The position numbers and the translations under genes were made by a program. DNA of 64,000 nucleotides from an uncultured Microthrixaceae bacterium (lineage in GTDB: Bacteria > Actinomycetota > Acidimicrobiia > Acidimicrobiales > DATDAH01). Below, one piece after another: positions 8,818-18,863 of the stretch (its first letter is position 1; each line of letters begins with the position of its first letter). Under the pieces are notes generated by a model that saw only the letters and a list, made by a program, of their open reading frames with translations, was not told the DNA's origin and did not search any database. The stretch is taken from NCBI GenBank assembly GCA_963725155.1, contig CAVRXU010000002.1, positions 300,506 to 364,505 on the forward strand, in the 5' to 3' direction.

Positions 8818-9945
8818 GTGCCGGAAACCCGCGCTCCTGCGGACTCGCCCACGCCGAGCGAGGTCCGCGCAGCTCACGCTGCGGAGATGCTGGCCTCGAC
8901 GCGCACCACCGGCCTGGCCGCGGGCGTGATGATCCTCGTGGCGATACCCCTCTGGAGCATCTATGACCGGCTGGTCGTCCCCGAGCAGGCCGACCGGTTC
9001 TTCACGCTCCGCATGGCCGTCCTGGCTCCGGTGCTCATCGGCTGGTTGCTCCTGCTGAAGCGGCCCTTCGGCGACCGCCATGCCGAGGCCCTCGTCGTGA
9101 TCATCTGCGTGCTCCCGCAGGTGGTCGTGGCCTGGCTTCTCCCCAGCGTCGACCAGGCCTTCGAGGGCTATCTGCTCGGGTTCTCCCTCGTCATCTACGG
9201 CTGCGCCTTCCTGCTCGTCGGCCGGCTGTGGATCACCATCGCTTTGGTCGCCTCGTCCTGGGTCGCGACGATGCTCTCGTTCGGCCTGCAGTCCGACCTT
9301 GGAGGCGATGTCCAGGTGGGGACCGTCGTGTTCTACCTGGGCACCGCCTCGATCCTGGCCGCGGTCGGCCGCCTCTACCGGATGCGTCTCGAACGGGACG
9401 AGCTGGCCGCCCGCATGGCGCTCGAAGCCGCCCAGGAGCGCACCCTCGTGCTGGTCGGCGAGTTGGATCGCCTGAGCCGGGAGGACTCGTTGACCGGGGT
9501 GGCGAACCGGCGGGCGTGGGACGAAGCCCTGAAGCGGTCCTGCGCCGAGGCCGAGCGGACGGGCCTGCCGCTCTCGGTCCTCCTCCTCGACATCGATCGC
9601 TTCAAGGAGATCAACGACGAGCACGGCCATCGCCGGGGTGACGAGGTCCTCCAGCAGGTCTCCGACTGCCTGTCCGGGCGCATCCGGACCTCGGACCTGC
9701 TGGCCCGGGTCGGGGGTGACGAGTTCGCCGTGCTCTGCCCCAACACCGACCCGGGCGACGCCCGCCATCTCGCGGATCACTTGATCGACCTGGTCGCGGC
9801 CATGCCCGGCGAGTTCACCGTCTCGGTCGGCTCGGCCGTGCGCTGGCCCGGAGCCGAGCCCGACGCGGTGATGGGCCTGGCCGACCGCCGCCTCTACCAG
9901 GCCAAGCGAGCCCGGGTGACCAGCGAGGGTGCAACCGTCCGCTGA
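8818..9945 (+). CDS. membrane-anchored diguanylate cyclase (GGDEF)
   Basis: About 5-6 hydrophobic segments, then DSLTGVANRRAWDEAL...LLLDIDRFKEINDEHGHRRGDEVL...RVGGDEFAVL. The exact start is uncertain. Confidence 0.85.
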   Translation: MPETRAPADSPTPSEVRAAHAAEMLASTRTTGLAAGVMILVAIPLWSIYDRLVVPEQADRFFTLRMAVLAPVLIGWLLLLKRPFGDRHAEALVVIICVLPQVVVAWLLPSVDQAFEGYLLGFSLVIYGCAFLLVGRLWITIALVASSWVATMLSFGLQSDLGGDVQVGTVVFYLGTASILAAVGRLYRMRLERDELAARMALEAAQERTLVLVGELDRLSREDSLTGVANRRAWDEALKRSCAEAERTGLPLSVLLLDIDRFKEINDEHGHRRGDEVLQQVSDCLSGRIRTSDLLARVGGDEFAVLCPNTDPGDARHLADHLIDLVAAMPGEFTVSVGSAVRWPGAEPDAVMGLADRRLYQAKRARVTSEGATVR

Positions 9946-9962
9946 TCGGTAGCGTCGCGGCC

Positions 9963-10220
9963 ATGTGCCGCAACATCACCACCCTCCGGGGCTTGGAGCC
10001 CGTGGCCACCGATGAGGAGATCGAGGCCGCGGCTCGTCAGTACGTCCGCAAGATCAGCGGGGTCCAGAAGACCTCGGCCGCCACCGAGGAGGCCTTCGAG
10101 AAGGCCGTGGCCGTGATCACGGCTGCTTCCCACGAGGTCCTTGAGGCCCTCCCGCCCCGCAAGAACCCGCCGCCCACGCTGCCTCCGCTGCGGCGACTGG
10201 CCGCCGCGAAGGCGGGCTGA
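9963..10220 (+). CDS. DUF2277 family protein
   Basis: MCRNITTLRGLEPVATDEEIEAAARQYVRKISGV... is the characteristic DUF2277 N-terminus. Confidence 0.75.
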   Translation: MCRNITTLRGLEPVATDEEIEAAARQYVRKISGVQKTSAATEEAFEKAVAVITAASHEVLEALPPRKNPPPTLPPLRRLAAAKAG

Positions 10221-10247
10221 GCCGAGGCGCCGACCGAAGGCCTGAGC

Positions 10248-10332
10248 GGAGGGGGTGGGATTCGAACCCACGGTGGGTTGCCCCACACACGCTTTCCAAG
10301 CGTGCCGATTCGGCCGCTCTCGCACCCCTCCT
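10248..10332 (-). tRNA. tRNA-Ser (anticodon GGA)
   Basis: Reverse complement ggaggggtgcgagagcggccgaatcggcacgcTTGGAAAgcgtg...gtgggTTCGAATcccaccccctccg. Confidence 0.9.
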
Positions 10333-10381
10333 GGGGACACCGGCCCGTGGGGCTGGTGCGGCCGGTCAGGGTATCGTGGGT

Positions 10382-10523
10382 GCTCGCTCGCCTTGGAGTG
10401 TGGCGGTCGGGTCCTGTGCGACGGTGGCCCGTGAACCGAGTCAGGGCCGGAAGGCAGCAGCTCTCAGCGGAGCCCACCGGGTGCCGCAGATCGCCTGGCC
10501 GCCACTCTCGAAGGCGAGCGGGG
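10382..10523 (+). ncRNA. ffs: signal recognition particle RNA (small bacterial SRP / 4.5S-like)
   Basis: Helix-8 core GUCAGGGCCGGAAGGCAGCAGC matches the conserved CAGGUCCGGAAGGAAGCAGC motif. The 5' end CGCTCGCCTTgGAGtGTGGCGG pairs with the 3' end CCGCCACTCTCGAAGGCGAGCG. Canonical position between tRNA-Ser and dnaX. The ends are approximate. Confidence 0.75.
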
Positions 10524-10566
10524 ACGGCCGAACGAGCGGTGAGCCGTCGCTTGTAGTCTCCGGGCG

Positions 10567-12384
10567 ATGGCCTTCCAATCGCTGTATCGGCGCTACCGGT
10601 CGCAGCGGTTCTCGGAGATCGTGGGCCAGGAGCACGTGGTCGCCGCACTCCGCAACGCCGCCGCCGAAGACCGGCTGGGGCACGCGTACCTCTTCAGCGG
10701 GCCCCGGGGGACGGGCAAGACCTCGACCGCCCGGATCCTGGCCAAGGTCCTCAACTGCGAGAACCCGGTGGACGGCGAACCCTGTGGGGTCTGCCCGCCA
10801 TGCCGGGCCATCGAGGCCGGCAACTCCTTCGACGTCACCGAGCTGGATGCCGCCTCGCACACCGGCGTGGACAACATGCGCGAGCTCATCGCCAGCACGG
10901 CGTTGGCCAGCCCGGGGCGGACCCGCCTCTACATCCTGGACGAGGTCCACATGCTGTCGAAGGGCGCGTCCGCCGCGCTGCTGAAGACGCTCGAGGAGCC
11001 GCCTGACCACGTCGTGTTCATCCTGGCCACGACCGACCCCGAGAAGGTCCTGCCCACGATCCGGAGCCGGACCCAGCACCTCGAGTTCCGCCTGCTGCCC
11101 GCCGCCGAGCTGGAGGCTCACGTCCGCTGGATCGTGGAGGACGCCGGCCTCGAGGTCACCGAAGAGGGCATCGCCCAGGCCATGCGCGAAGGCGGCGGCT
11201 CAGCTCGCGACACGCTCTCCGTCCTCGACCGCATCGTGGCCGCCGGGGGGGTTGCCCGCGACGACGACTCGGTCGACGACCTGCTCGACGCGCTGTGCGA
11301 GAACGACACCGCCAGGGCCCTGACGGCGCTGGCTGACGCCACGGCTCAGGGTCGTGACCCCCGGGGGGTCGGCGAGCAGGTGCTGGAGCGGCTGCGCAAC
11401 GCCTTCCTGGCGGCCATGCAGGTGGATCTGGACCACCTCACCGAAGGGGACCGGGCCGCCGCGGCCGACCACGCCGAGCGCCTCCGGCCCCCAGCCATCA
11501 CCCGGGCGCTGGAGGTCCTGGGCACGGCGCTGGTCGACATGCGCCAGGCCCCGGACCCCCGCATCCCCCTCGAGGTGGCGCTGGTCCGCATCACCCGGGC
11601 GGCGAGTGACACCTCCGTCGACGCCCTGCTGGTCCGCATCGACCGTCTCGAGCAGGTCGTCCGGGACGGCGCCGGTGGCGAACTGCCTGCGCCGGCCCCG
11701 CCCCCGGCGGCGCCGACCGACGGAGGATCGCCTGTGACCGAGGCCCGCAACCGGCTGGCGGAGGTGCGCAGGACCGAGACCCCGGAGCCGGAGGTGACGC
11801 CCGAGCCCGAGCCCGAACCGGCCCGTCCGTCACTGGCCGCCGTTCCCGATCCGGAGCCGGAACCGCCGCCGGACGTCGCAGCCGTGCCGGAGCCGGAAGC
11901 GTCCCCGGCCGGCACGGCGTCAAGCGCTTTCCCGACTCGGGACGAGCTCACACTGGCGTGGGGCGACCGGGTGCTCGGGGGGCTGCGGCCCAAGGTCAAG
12001 ATGCTGTTCGCCGCCGGTCGCTTCCTCGACGATCGCGAGGGTCAGGCCGCCTTCGCCCTGCCGAACGCCACCCACGTCCAGCGCTGTGAGCCCTTGCGGG
12101 CCGACGTCGAGGCCGCGCTGGCCGCGGAGTTCGGCCGTCCCGTTCCCCTGGTCCTGGTCGTCGACGGTGGCGCCGACTCCCCGCCCGTCCTGCCCCCGGC
12201 TACCAGTGGCGGGTCGGGTGAGGGGTCCACGGGCGGGCCATCGCCCACGCCCGCGGTGGACGAGCTGGCCGACATCGGTCCAGTCGAGGACCTCGAGGAC
12301 GCCGGATCGGCGTCGACCGGCCTCGAGCAGGTGACGGAGGTGTTCGGCAAGGTGGAGCTGATCGAGGAGGAGCCCGATGACTGA
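10567..12384 (+). CDS. dnaX: DNA polymerase III subunit gamma/tau
   Basis: MAFQSLYRRYRSQRFSEIVGQEHVVAALRNA...GPRGTGKTSTARILAK...CGVCPPCRAI... Confidence 0.95.
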   Translation: MAFQSLYRRYRSQRFSEIVGQEHVVAALRNAAAEDRLGHAYLFSGPRGTGKTSTARILAKVLNCENPVDGEPCGVCPPCRAIEAGNSFDVTELDAASHTGVDNMRELIASTALASPGRTRLYILDEVHMLSKGASAALLKTLEEPPDHVVFILATTDPEKVLPTIRSRTQHLEFRLLPAAELEAHVRWIVEDAGLEVTEEGIAQAMREGGGSARDTLSVLDRIVAAGGVARDDDSVDDLLDALCENDTARALTALADATAQGRDPRGVGEQVLERLRNAFLAAMQVDLDHLTEGDRAAAADHAERLRPPAITRALEVLGTALVDMRQAPDPRIPLEVALVRITRAASDTSVDALLVRIDRLEQVVRDGAGGELPAPAPPPAAPTDGGSPVTEARNRLAEVRRTETPEPEVTPEPEPEPARPSLAAVPDPEPEPPPDVAAVPEPEASPAGTASSAFPTRDELTLAWGDRVLGGLRPKVKMLFAAGRFLDDREGQAAFALPNATHVQRCEPLRADVEAALAAEFGRPVPLVLVVDGGADSPPVLPPATSGGSGEGSTGGPSPTPAVDELADIGPVEDLEDAGSASTGLEQVTEVFGKVELIEEEPDD

Positions 12385-12745
12385 CCTCGAGCCGATCGAC
12401 GGCGACGACGAGGAGGGCGGGGGCATCCCCGGCCTGGACCTCGGTGCCCTCCTGGGCCAGGCCCAAGCCATGCAGCAGCAGATCCTCGACGCCCAAGCCG
12501 AAGTCGCGGCCCAGGTGGTCGAAGGTCAGAGCGGCGGTGGCGTGGTCAAGGTCGAGGTCACCGGCGGCTGGGACTTCCGCTCGGTCACCGTCGACCCCTC
12601 GGTCGGTGACGACCACGAGCTGATCGCCGACCTGGTGCTGGCTGCGCTGCGGGACGCCACCACCCGGGTGGCGGCGTTGCACGAGCAGTCCGTCGGCGAT
12701 GTCGACCTCGGCGGGCTCGGTGGCCTCCTCGGCGGCGCCGGGTGA
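12377..12745 (+). CDS. ybaB: YbaB/EbfC family nucleoid-associated protein
   Basis: [45 protein letters not shown]. Overlaps the dnaX stop by 8 nt. Confidence 0.9.
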   Translation: MTDLEPIDGDDEEGGGIPGLDLGALLGQAQAMQQQILDAQAEVAAQVVEGQSGGGVVKVEVTGGWDFRSVTVDPSVGDDHELIADLVLAALRDATTRVAALHEQSVGDVDLGGLGGLLGGAG

Positions 12746-13347
12746 CCGCGGTCTACGCCGGCGCCGTCCAGGACCTGATCGACGAGCTGGGCCGCCTGCC
12801 CGGGATCGGCCCGAAGTCGGCCCAGCGCATCGCCTTCCACTTGCTCAAGCAGGAGAAGGTCGACGCCCTCCGGTTGGCCACGGCCATCGCCGAGGCCAAG
12901 GACCGGGTCACGTTCTGCCAGCGCTGCTTCAACATCTCCGAAGGCCCCGAGTGCGGCATCTGCGCCGACCCGCAGCGCGAGGACGGTGTCCTGTGTGTCG
13001 TCGAGGAGCCTCGGGACGTCGTCGCCGTCGAGAAGACCGAGCAGTACCGGGGGCGCTACCACGTGCTCCAGGGTGCGCTCAGCCCCATCGACGGGGTGGG
13101 GCCCGAGAACCTACGGGTGCGGGAGCTGCTGAGCCGCGTGCGGGACGAGCACGTGGACGAGCTCATCCTCTGCACGAACCCCAACATCGAGGGCGAGACC
13201 ACGGCCCTCTACCTGGCCAAGCTGCTCAAGGACACCGACATCAAGGTGACCCGGATCGCCAGCGGCCTGCCCGTCGGGGGCGATCTCGAGTACGCCGACG
13301 AGATGACCCTGGGCCGGGCCCTGACGGGCCGGACCGTGCTGGACTGA
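12742..13347 (+). CDS. recR: recombination protein RecR
   Basis: [24 protein letters not shown], a C4 zinc finger [16 protein letters not shown] and a Toprim region. 4-nt overlap with ybaB. Confidence 0.95.
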   Translation: MTAVYAGAVQDLIDELGRLPGIGPKSAQRIAFHLLKQEKVDALRLATAIAEAKDRVTFCQRCFNISEGPECGICADPQREDGVLCVVEEPRDVVAVEKTEQYRGRYHVLQGALSPIDGVGPENLRVRELLSRVRDEHVDELILCTNPNIEGETTALYLAKLLKDTDIKVTRIASGLPVGGDLEYADEMTLGRALTGRTVLD

Positions 13348-13696
13348 CCCGAGAAATGAAACAATCTGACCTCGCTTGTCATCGGTCCGTCATTGTTGTA
13401 ACGTAACCGCAACATCGGAATCGAGGCCGGTTCGAGGGGGTTTCTCTGCCTCCTCGGCCCCTCCCGCCTCCTCGGGTCCGATCGGAGTGCCGCCACCGGC
13501 GGGCTGGACCATCCCGCCCGCGCCCGGCCCGCCGGGGTGGCACGCCGACCGTCACCGTCGCCTCTCGGCGGCCCCTGCTGGGCCCCTCGTGATCTTGCAT
13601 TCGTTGATCACCTCCGGAGTGACCGATCGACGCCAGATCGCGCCCCCGGTCACTCCGGGATGGGCAGCCGGGTGTCGCCAGTAGCGTTTTGCGTCT

Positions 13697-15199
13697 ATGA
13701 CGATCGCTTCCACCACTGCTGGGCAGGTCCGGGGCACCGAGCATGGTGCCGGGCTGCGGTTCGCCGGAATCCCGTACGCGGCGCCGCCGGTGGGGGACCT
13801 GCGGTGGCGGCCGCCGGCACCGGTCGAGGCGTGGGACGGGGTCCGGGACGCCACGAGCTTCGGCGCGGTGTCGATCCAGAACCCGGACTTGCTCACCGCC
13901 TTCCTCGGTATGACACCCGAGCCCATGGACGAGGACTGCCTATTCCTCAACGTCCGCACGCCGGCCCTCGACGACGCCCGCCGACCGGTCATGGTCTGGA
14001 TCCACGGTGGGGCCTTCATCTTCGGCTCCGGGTCCTCCCCGCTCTACGACGGTGCACCGTTCGTCGACGGCGGCGACGTCGTGCTCGTCACGATCAACTA
14101 CCGGCTCGGTGCCCTCGGCTTCCTCGAGTTGGGCTGGCTGGACGACGACCTCGCCGGCTCCGGGAACCTGGGGATCATGGACCAGGTCGCGGCCCTCGAG
14201 TGGGTGCGGGACAACATCGCCGGCTTCGGTGGCGACCCGGACAACGTCACGATCTTCGGTGAGTCCGCCGGGGCCATGAGCGTGACCTGCCTCCTCGCCG
14301 CCGAATCGGCCACGGGGCTGTTCCACAAGGCCATCGCCCAGTCCGGCGCGGCGCAGGCCATGGCGACACCGGTGCAGGCCGAAGACTCCGCCCGCGTCGT
14401 CGTCGAACGTCTCGGCGTGTCGACCGCAGACGGGTTGCGGGCCCTGACCGCCGAGCAGGTGCTCGCCGTGCAGGGTCAGGTCATGATCGAGGCCTTCACC
14501 AATCCCGAGCCGCTCTTGGAGGCGGGCGTGTCGGCCGGTATGCCGTTCCGGCCCCTCGCCGACGGCCACTTCCTGCCCCCGTCGGTGCTCGCTGCGATCC
14601 GCGGCGGGAGCGCCGCGGGCATCCCGGTGATGACGGGCACGACCCGTGAGGAGTGGAAGCTCTTCGCCCTTCTCGACATGGCGCCCTTCGACGATGCGGT
14701 GCTCCACGCTCGGTTGCAGGCCCTCACCGGAGACGCCGAGAAGGCCCTGGCCGTCTACGCCGACGCCGTGGCCTCCGAGCCGACGCCCAAGGACGCCTTC
14801 ACCGTCATCGGCACGGACATGGTGTTCCGGTACCCGGCCATCGAGCTCAGCGAGGCCCTGCTCAACCAGTCGCCGGACGTGTGGGAGTACGAGTTCAGCT
14901 GGGGGACTCCGGCCATGGGCGGGATGCTCGGTGCCTGTCACGCCATCGAGCTGCCGTTCCTGTTCGGACTGGCCAGTGACCCCCGCCTGCTCGGCTTCCT
15001 GGGAGACGATCCCCCCATCGGCCTGGCTGAGGCCATGCAGGACGCCTGGTTGAGCTTCGCCCGCACCGGTGACCCTGGTGCCGAGTGGCCCCGCTACGAC
15101 TTGGACCGACGGGCCGTGCGCACCTTCGACGCCCAGATCGGCGTCCTGGAGGATCCCGGCGCCGAACGGCGCGAGTTCTGGGCGACCATCGACCACTGA
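13697..15199 (+). CDS. type-B carboxylesterase/lipase family protein
   Basis: EDCLFLNV, VWIHGGAF, and the nucleophile elbow FGESAGA. Confidence 0.9.
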   Translation: MTIASTTAGQVRGTEHGAGLRFAGIPYAAPPVGDLRWRPPAPVEAWDGVRDATSFGAVSIQNPDLLTAFLGMTPEPMDEDCLFLNVRTPALDDARRPVMVWIHGGAFIFGSGSSPLYDGAPFVDGGDVVLVTINYRLGALGFLELGWLDDDLAGSGNLGIMDQVAALEWVRDNIAGFGGDPDNVTIFGESAGAMSVTCLLAAESATGLFHKAIAQSGAAQAMATPVQAEDSARVVVERLGVSTADGLRALTAEQVLAVQGQVMIEAFTNPEPLLEAGVSAGMPFRPLADGHFLPPSVLAAIRGGSAAGIPVMTGTTREEWKLFALLDMAPFDDAVLHARLQALTGDAEKALAVYADAVASEPTPKDAFTVIGTDMVFRYPAIELSEALLNQSPDVWEYEFSWGTPAMGGMLGACHAIELPFLFGLASDPRLLGFLGDDPPIGLAEAMQDAWLSFARTGDPGAEWPRYDLDRRAVRTFDAQIGVLEDPGAERREFWATIDH

Positions 15200-15244
15200 T
15201 CGTCCCGGGCCGGCGGGCGCCGGACGACCGATGGGTGATTCTCC

Positions 15245-16072
15245 GTGCTGACCGCGACCGTTCTGGCCCTCATCTCCGCTTTTCTGCACGCGGGGTGGAA
15301 CTTCCTCGTCAAGACGGGGGAGGAGCGGGACCTCGTGGCGTGGGGCCAGTTCACCTTCGGCGCCCTCCTGGCCCTGCCGGTCCTGGTCGTCGTCGGCCTG
15401 CCGGGTGTCGAAGCGGTGCCCTACCTGGCCGCGTCGGCCAGCGTCCATGTCGTCTACCTGCTGGCCCTGCTGCGGTCCTATCACCACGGCGACTTCTCGC
15501 TGGCCTACCCCTTGGCCCGGGGAAGCGGTGCCCTGCTGGCGGCGATCGGCGGAGTGGCCCTGCTCGACGACCACCTCGGCGGCTGGTCATGGGTGGCCAT
15601 CGGGATCGTGATCCTCGGCGTCGTGCTGCTCGTGGGACCGAAGATCCACGGACCGACCATCGGTTGGGCGCTCCTCACTGGGGCGACCATCGGTACCTAC
15701 ACGCTGATCGACTCCGCCGGCGCCCGACGGACTGCGGGCCTGCCCTACGGCATCACGCTGATTGCCTGCTCGGCGCTGGCGATCACGCTGGTGAACGTCG
15801 GCCGGGGTCGGGCCGCCGCCTTCCGGGCCTCACTTCCGGGAGCCTGGCGGCGCTACAGCCTGGGTGGAGCCTGCACCACCGCGGCCTACAGCCTCGTCCT
15901 GATCGCCGTCCGCTATGCCCCAGTGGGCTACGTCGCCACCTTGCGCGAGTCGTCGGTCCTCATCGCCGCACTGCTCGGTTGGCTCGTCCTCCACGAGACG
16001 CTCGGTCGCCGTCGCTCCATCGCTGCAGCCGTGATGGCCACCGGCCTCGCGCTGCTGGTCGCCACCCGCTGA
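15245..16072 (+). CDS. DMT (EamA-like) family transporter
   Basis: About 9-10 hydrophobic helices with two EamA-like halves. GTG start. Confidence 0.75.
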   Translation: MLTATVLALISAFLHAGWNFLVKTGEERDLVAWGQFTFGALLALPVLVVVGLPGVEAVPYLAASASVHVVYLLALLRSYHHGDFSLAYPLARGSGALLAAIGGVALLDDHLGGWSWVAIGIVILGVVLLVGPKIHGPTIGWALLTGATIGTYTLIDSAGARRTAGLPYGITLIACSALAITLVNVGRGRAAAFRASLPGAWRRYSLGGACTTAAYSLVLIAVRYAPVGYVATLRESSVLIAALLGWLVLHETLGRRRSIAAAVMATGLALLVATR

Positions 16073-16096
16073 GCAGGGACGCCAGAGACCCTCGGG

Positions 16097-17275
16097 TCAG
16101 ACCTTGAGGAGGATGGCGTCGCCCTGGCCGCCGCCACCGCAGAGGGCGGCCGCGCCGAGGCCGCCCCCACGGCGGCCCAGCTCGAGGAGGATCGTCAGGG
16201 CGACCCGGGTGCCCGACATGCCGACGGGGTGGCCGAGGGCGATGGCCCCGCCGTTCACGTTGACGATGTCGTCGCTGATGCCGAGGTCGGCCATCGAGGC
16301 GAGGCCGACGGCGGCAAAGGCCTCGTTCAGCTCGAACAGGTCGATGTCGCCGATCGCGGTGCCGGTGGCCTCAGCTGCCGCCTTGATGGCCCGGGCCGGC
16401 TGGGCCAGCAGGGAGGGGTCGGGCCCGGCCACTTGGCCGTAGCCCACGATCTCGCCCAACGGGGTCGCGCCCAGCTCCTCGGCCTTGGCCTTGGAGACCA
16501 CGATCACCGCCGCGCCGCCGTCGGAGATCTGGGAGGCGTTGCCCGCCGTGATGTTGCCCGCCTTGTCGAAGGCCGGGCGCAGTCCGCCCAGGCTCTCGGC
16601 CGTGGTGCCGGGGCGCACGCCCTCATCGACCTCGACCAGCACGGGGTCTCCCTTGCGCTGTGGGACCTCCACCGGGACGATCTCGTCGTCGAACAGGCCA
16701 TCCTTCTGGGCCTTGGCGGCCCGTTCGTGGGATGCGGCCGAGAGCTCGTCCTGGGGTAGGCGCTCGAGCCCGGCCGACGCCGCGTACTTCTCGGTGCCGG
16801 CACCCATGGCCACCTGGTCGAAGGCGCAGAAGAGGCCGTCGTACATCATCGAGTCGACGACGGACTTGTCACCCAGCCGGTAGCCGGCCCGGGCCTCGGG
16901 GAGGAGGTAGGGGGCCTGGGTCATGGACTCCATGCCCCCGGCCACGACCACGTCGGCCTGGCCGCTCTGGATCATCAGGTCGGCCAGGTAGATCGAGTTC
17001 AGTCCCGACAGGCACACCTTGTTGATGGTGGTGGCCGGCACGGTCATGGGGATGCCGGCGTTGGCGGCGGCCTGGCGGGCGGTGATCTGGCCGGTCCCGG
17101 CCTGCAGCACCTGGCCCATGAAGACGTAGTCCACCTGCTCGGGGCTCACACCGGCCCGCTCGAGGGCGGCCTTGATGGCGAAGCCCCCGAGGTCGGTGGC
17201 GGCGAAGCCGGCGAGACCACCGGAGAGCTTGCCGATCGGTGTGCGTGCGCCGCCGATGATCACGGAGCCAGACAT
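16097..17275 (-). CDS. acetyl-CoA C-acetyltransferase (thiolase II)
   Basis: INKVCLSGL (active-site Cys), GGMESM, NGGAIALGHPVGMSG, CGGGGQG. Confidence 0.95.
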   Translation of the reverse strand: MSGSVIIGGARTPIGKLSGGLAGFAATDLGGFAIKAALERAGVSPEQVDYVFMGQVLQAGTGQITARQAAANAGIPMTVPATTINKVCLSGLNSIYLADLMIQSGQADVVVAGGMESMTQAPYLLPEARAGYRLGDKSVVDSMMYDGLFCAFDQVAMGAGTEKYAASAGLERLPQDELSAASHERAAKAQKDGLFDDEIVPVEVPQRKGDPVLVEVDEGVRPGTTAESLGGLRPAFDKAGNITAGNASQISDGGAAVIVVSKAKAEELGATPLGEIVGYGQVAGPDPSLLAQPARAIKAAAEATGTAIGDIDLFELNEAFAAVGLASMADLGISDDIVNVNGGAIALGHPVGMSGTRVALTILLELGRRGGGLGAAALCGGGGQGDAILLKV

Positions 17276-17420
17276 GGGTGGGACCTCCCGAGAACGTGGT
17301 CGCAGGTGGTGGAAGTGTACGGAGCGACCGGTCCGGGCGACCAGCCCGCGCCGAGGTCCGTTTCTGGGTGTGCTGCAGGATCCCTGGGGCAGGCCAGCAG
17401 ACGTGCCTCCAGTGGAGTGC

Positions 17421-17672
17421 TCAAACCTCGACCGACCTCATTCCTCCTTCGGCAACGTCGGCTGGGACGGGGGGCAACGGAATGGCGCAGGCGGTCGGCT
17501 TCTCCGACAGCGCTGCGTCGAGGTCTGCGTACAGGTACCTCAGCCCCAGGTCCGTCTCCGGATCGAGATCCACCGAGGCATAGAGCAGCCTTATGTCCCA
17601 GCGGGCCTGCTCCAAGGCGTACAGATAGCGGTCCCGCTCCTCAGCTACTGCTGTGAGGGCAGCGAACATCAT
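17421..17672 (-). CDS. hypothetical small protein (83 aa)
   Basis: GAGGAAGG sits 4 nt upstream of the ATG, directly downstream of the DivIVA-like gene. No family recognised. Locally lower GC. Confidence 0.45.
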   Translation of the reverse strand: MMFAALTAVAEERDRYLYALEQARWDIRLLYASVDLDPETDLGLRYLYADLDAALSEKPTACAIPLPPVPADVAEGGMRSVEV

Positions 17673-17729
17673 TGTCCTTCCTCATGTTCGGGGTCGGCAG
17701 AGACGATGACCATCCCAGGTCGGGCGGCC

Positions 17730-18722
17730 TCAGCCGTTGTGCCAGTTCGAGCGTCCGCCGTCACCCTTCCGCCGCTTGAGGGCGTTCTCCACGGCGTTCT
17801 TGACCATCTGGGCCAACGGGTCGGCGTCGCCCCCGTCCTGGTCGGCCCGCAGGGGCTCCGCGGCGCCGTCGCCCCCGTCATCCTCGGTGTCGACGAGGTC
17901 GACGATCTCGTCGTCGTCGTCGGCATAGGGCAGGTCGCCGTTCAAGGGCAGCGTGCTCCGGGCCGGGGGCGGCACCGGCGGAGTCGGGGGACCCTGCCCG
18001 GGCGGGGGCACCAGGTCCGGCCCGGCCGCGTCCGCCTCGTCCCGGGCGGCGGCCTCCAGCGCGGCGTCCGTCAGGTCGATCTCGGCGAAGAGGTCCTCGT
18101 CCTCCTCGATGAGACGGTTCAGGGCGTGATAGATGTCGTCGCGGACGTCCTCGAGGCGCCCGCGCACGTTGCGCTGGACGGTGACGCCGCCGCGGGCCTT
18201 GAGGCGGGCGGCGTCGATGACCTCACGGGTCCGCTGGGTGGCCAGCGCGGCGGCCGAGTCGGCGGCGGCATCGGCTTGGCGGGCCACGTCGGCGAGGACT
18301 CGGGCGGCCTCGTTGCGAGCCGCCTCCAACTGGATGGCGGCGGCCTGCCGGTCGGCGTCGGCCCTCCGGCGCAGGGTGGCCGCCTCCTCCTCTGCGGTCT
18401 GGCGAAGAAGGGCGGCGTCGGCCTCGGCTCGGTGCCGCAACTCGGCCACCGAGTCGTGGGTCTGGCGCAGAATGGCGGCCACCTCCTCGCCGAGGTGCCC
18501 GAAGTCGTCTTCTCCGCTGATGGGCTTGGCCCCCGCGGCGGCCGTGCCCGCCGTTTCGTCGGCCGTTTCGTCGGCCGGAGTGTCGATCCTGCTCAGGGCC
18601 TCCGACAGCGTCGCCGCGACCTGGTGCAGGAAGGCGTTCACCTCGTCGGGGTCGAAGCCCCGCCGCACCAGGCTGAACACGTGGTTCTCGATCTCGTCTG
18701 GAGTCATCGCTGTCGCCGTCAT
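17730..18722 (-). CDS. DivIVA domain-containing protein
   Basis: MTPDEIENHVFSLVRRGFDPDEVNAFLHQVA (DivIVA N-terminal domain), a long coiled-coil, and a Pro-rich/acidic tail. Start 18722 or 18707. Confidence 0.85.
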   Translation of the reverse strand: MTATAMTPDEIENHVFSLVRRGFDPDEVNAFLHQVAATLSEALSRIDTPADETADETAGTAAAGAKPISGEDDFGHLGEEVAAILRQTHDSVAELRHRAEADAALLRQTAEEEAATLRRRADADRQAAAIQLEAARNEAARVLADVARQADAAADSAAALATQRTREVIDAARLKARGGVTVQRNVRGRLEDVRDDIYHALNRLIEEDEDLFAEIDLTDAALEAAARDEADAAGPDLVPPPGQGPPTPPVPPPARSTLPLNGDLPYADDDDEIVDLVDTEDDGGDGAAEPLRADQDGGDADPLAQMVKNAVENALKRRKGDGGRSNWHNG

Positions 18723-18863
18723 CGCCTTCCCCGCCCGCCCGGCGGTCCCGCTCGCTTAACCACAGAGAGTAGCGCTAATCATCACAGTATGTGAAGTGTT
18801 GGTCGCGGCAGGCCCAGGACGGCGTTGGAGTGGCGGTCCAGCCGACCGCTAGCGTCCCCGGCC

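Noticed and set aside
7621-9780. 719-aa minus-strand ORF taken at full length
   Set aside because: The N-terminal ~370 codons are antisense to the GGDEF gene. A lipoprotein signal peptide at the internal ATG (8676) marks the real L,D-transpeptidase start.
10567-12384. Programmed -1 frameshift site in dnaX (E. coli-type A AAA AAG)
   Set aside because: I saw no A-rich slippery heptamer anywhere in the gene, so there is no evidence for gamma production by frameshifting.
13940-15574. 544-aa minus-strand ORF
   Set aside because: Shadow ORF opposite the carboxylesterase and EamA genes.
17172-18794. 540-aa + strand ORF
   Set aside because: Shadow ORF opposite the DivIVA-like gene, and it overlaps the thiolase start.
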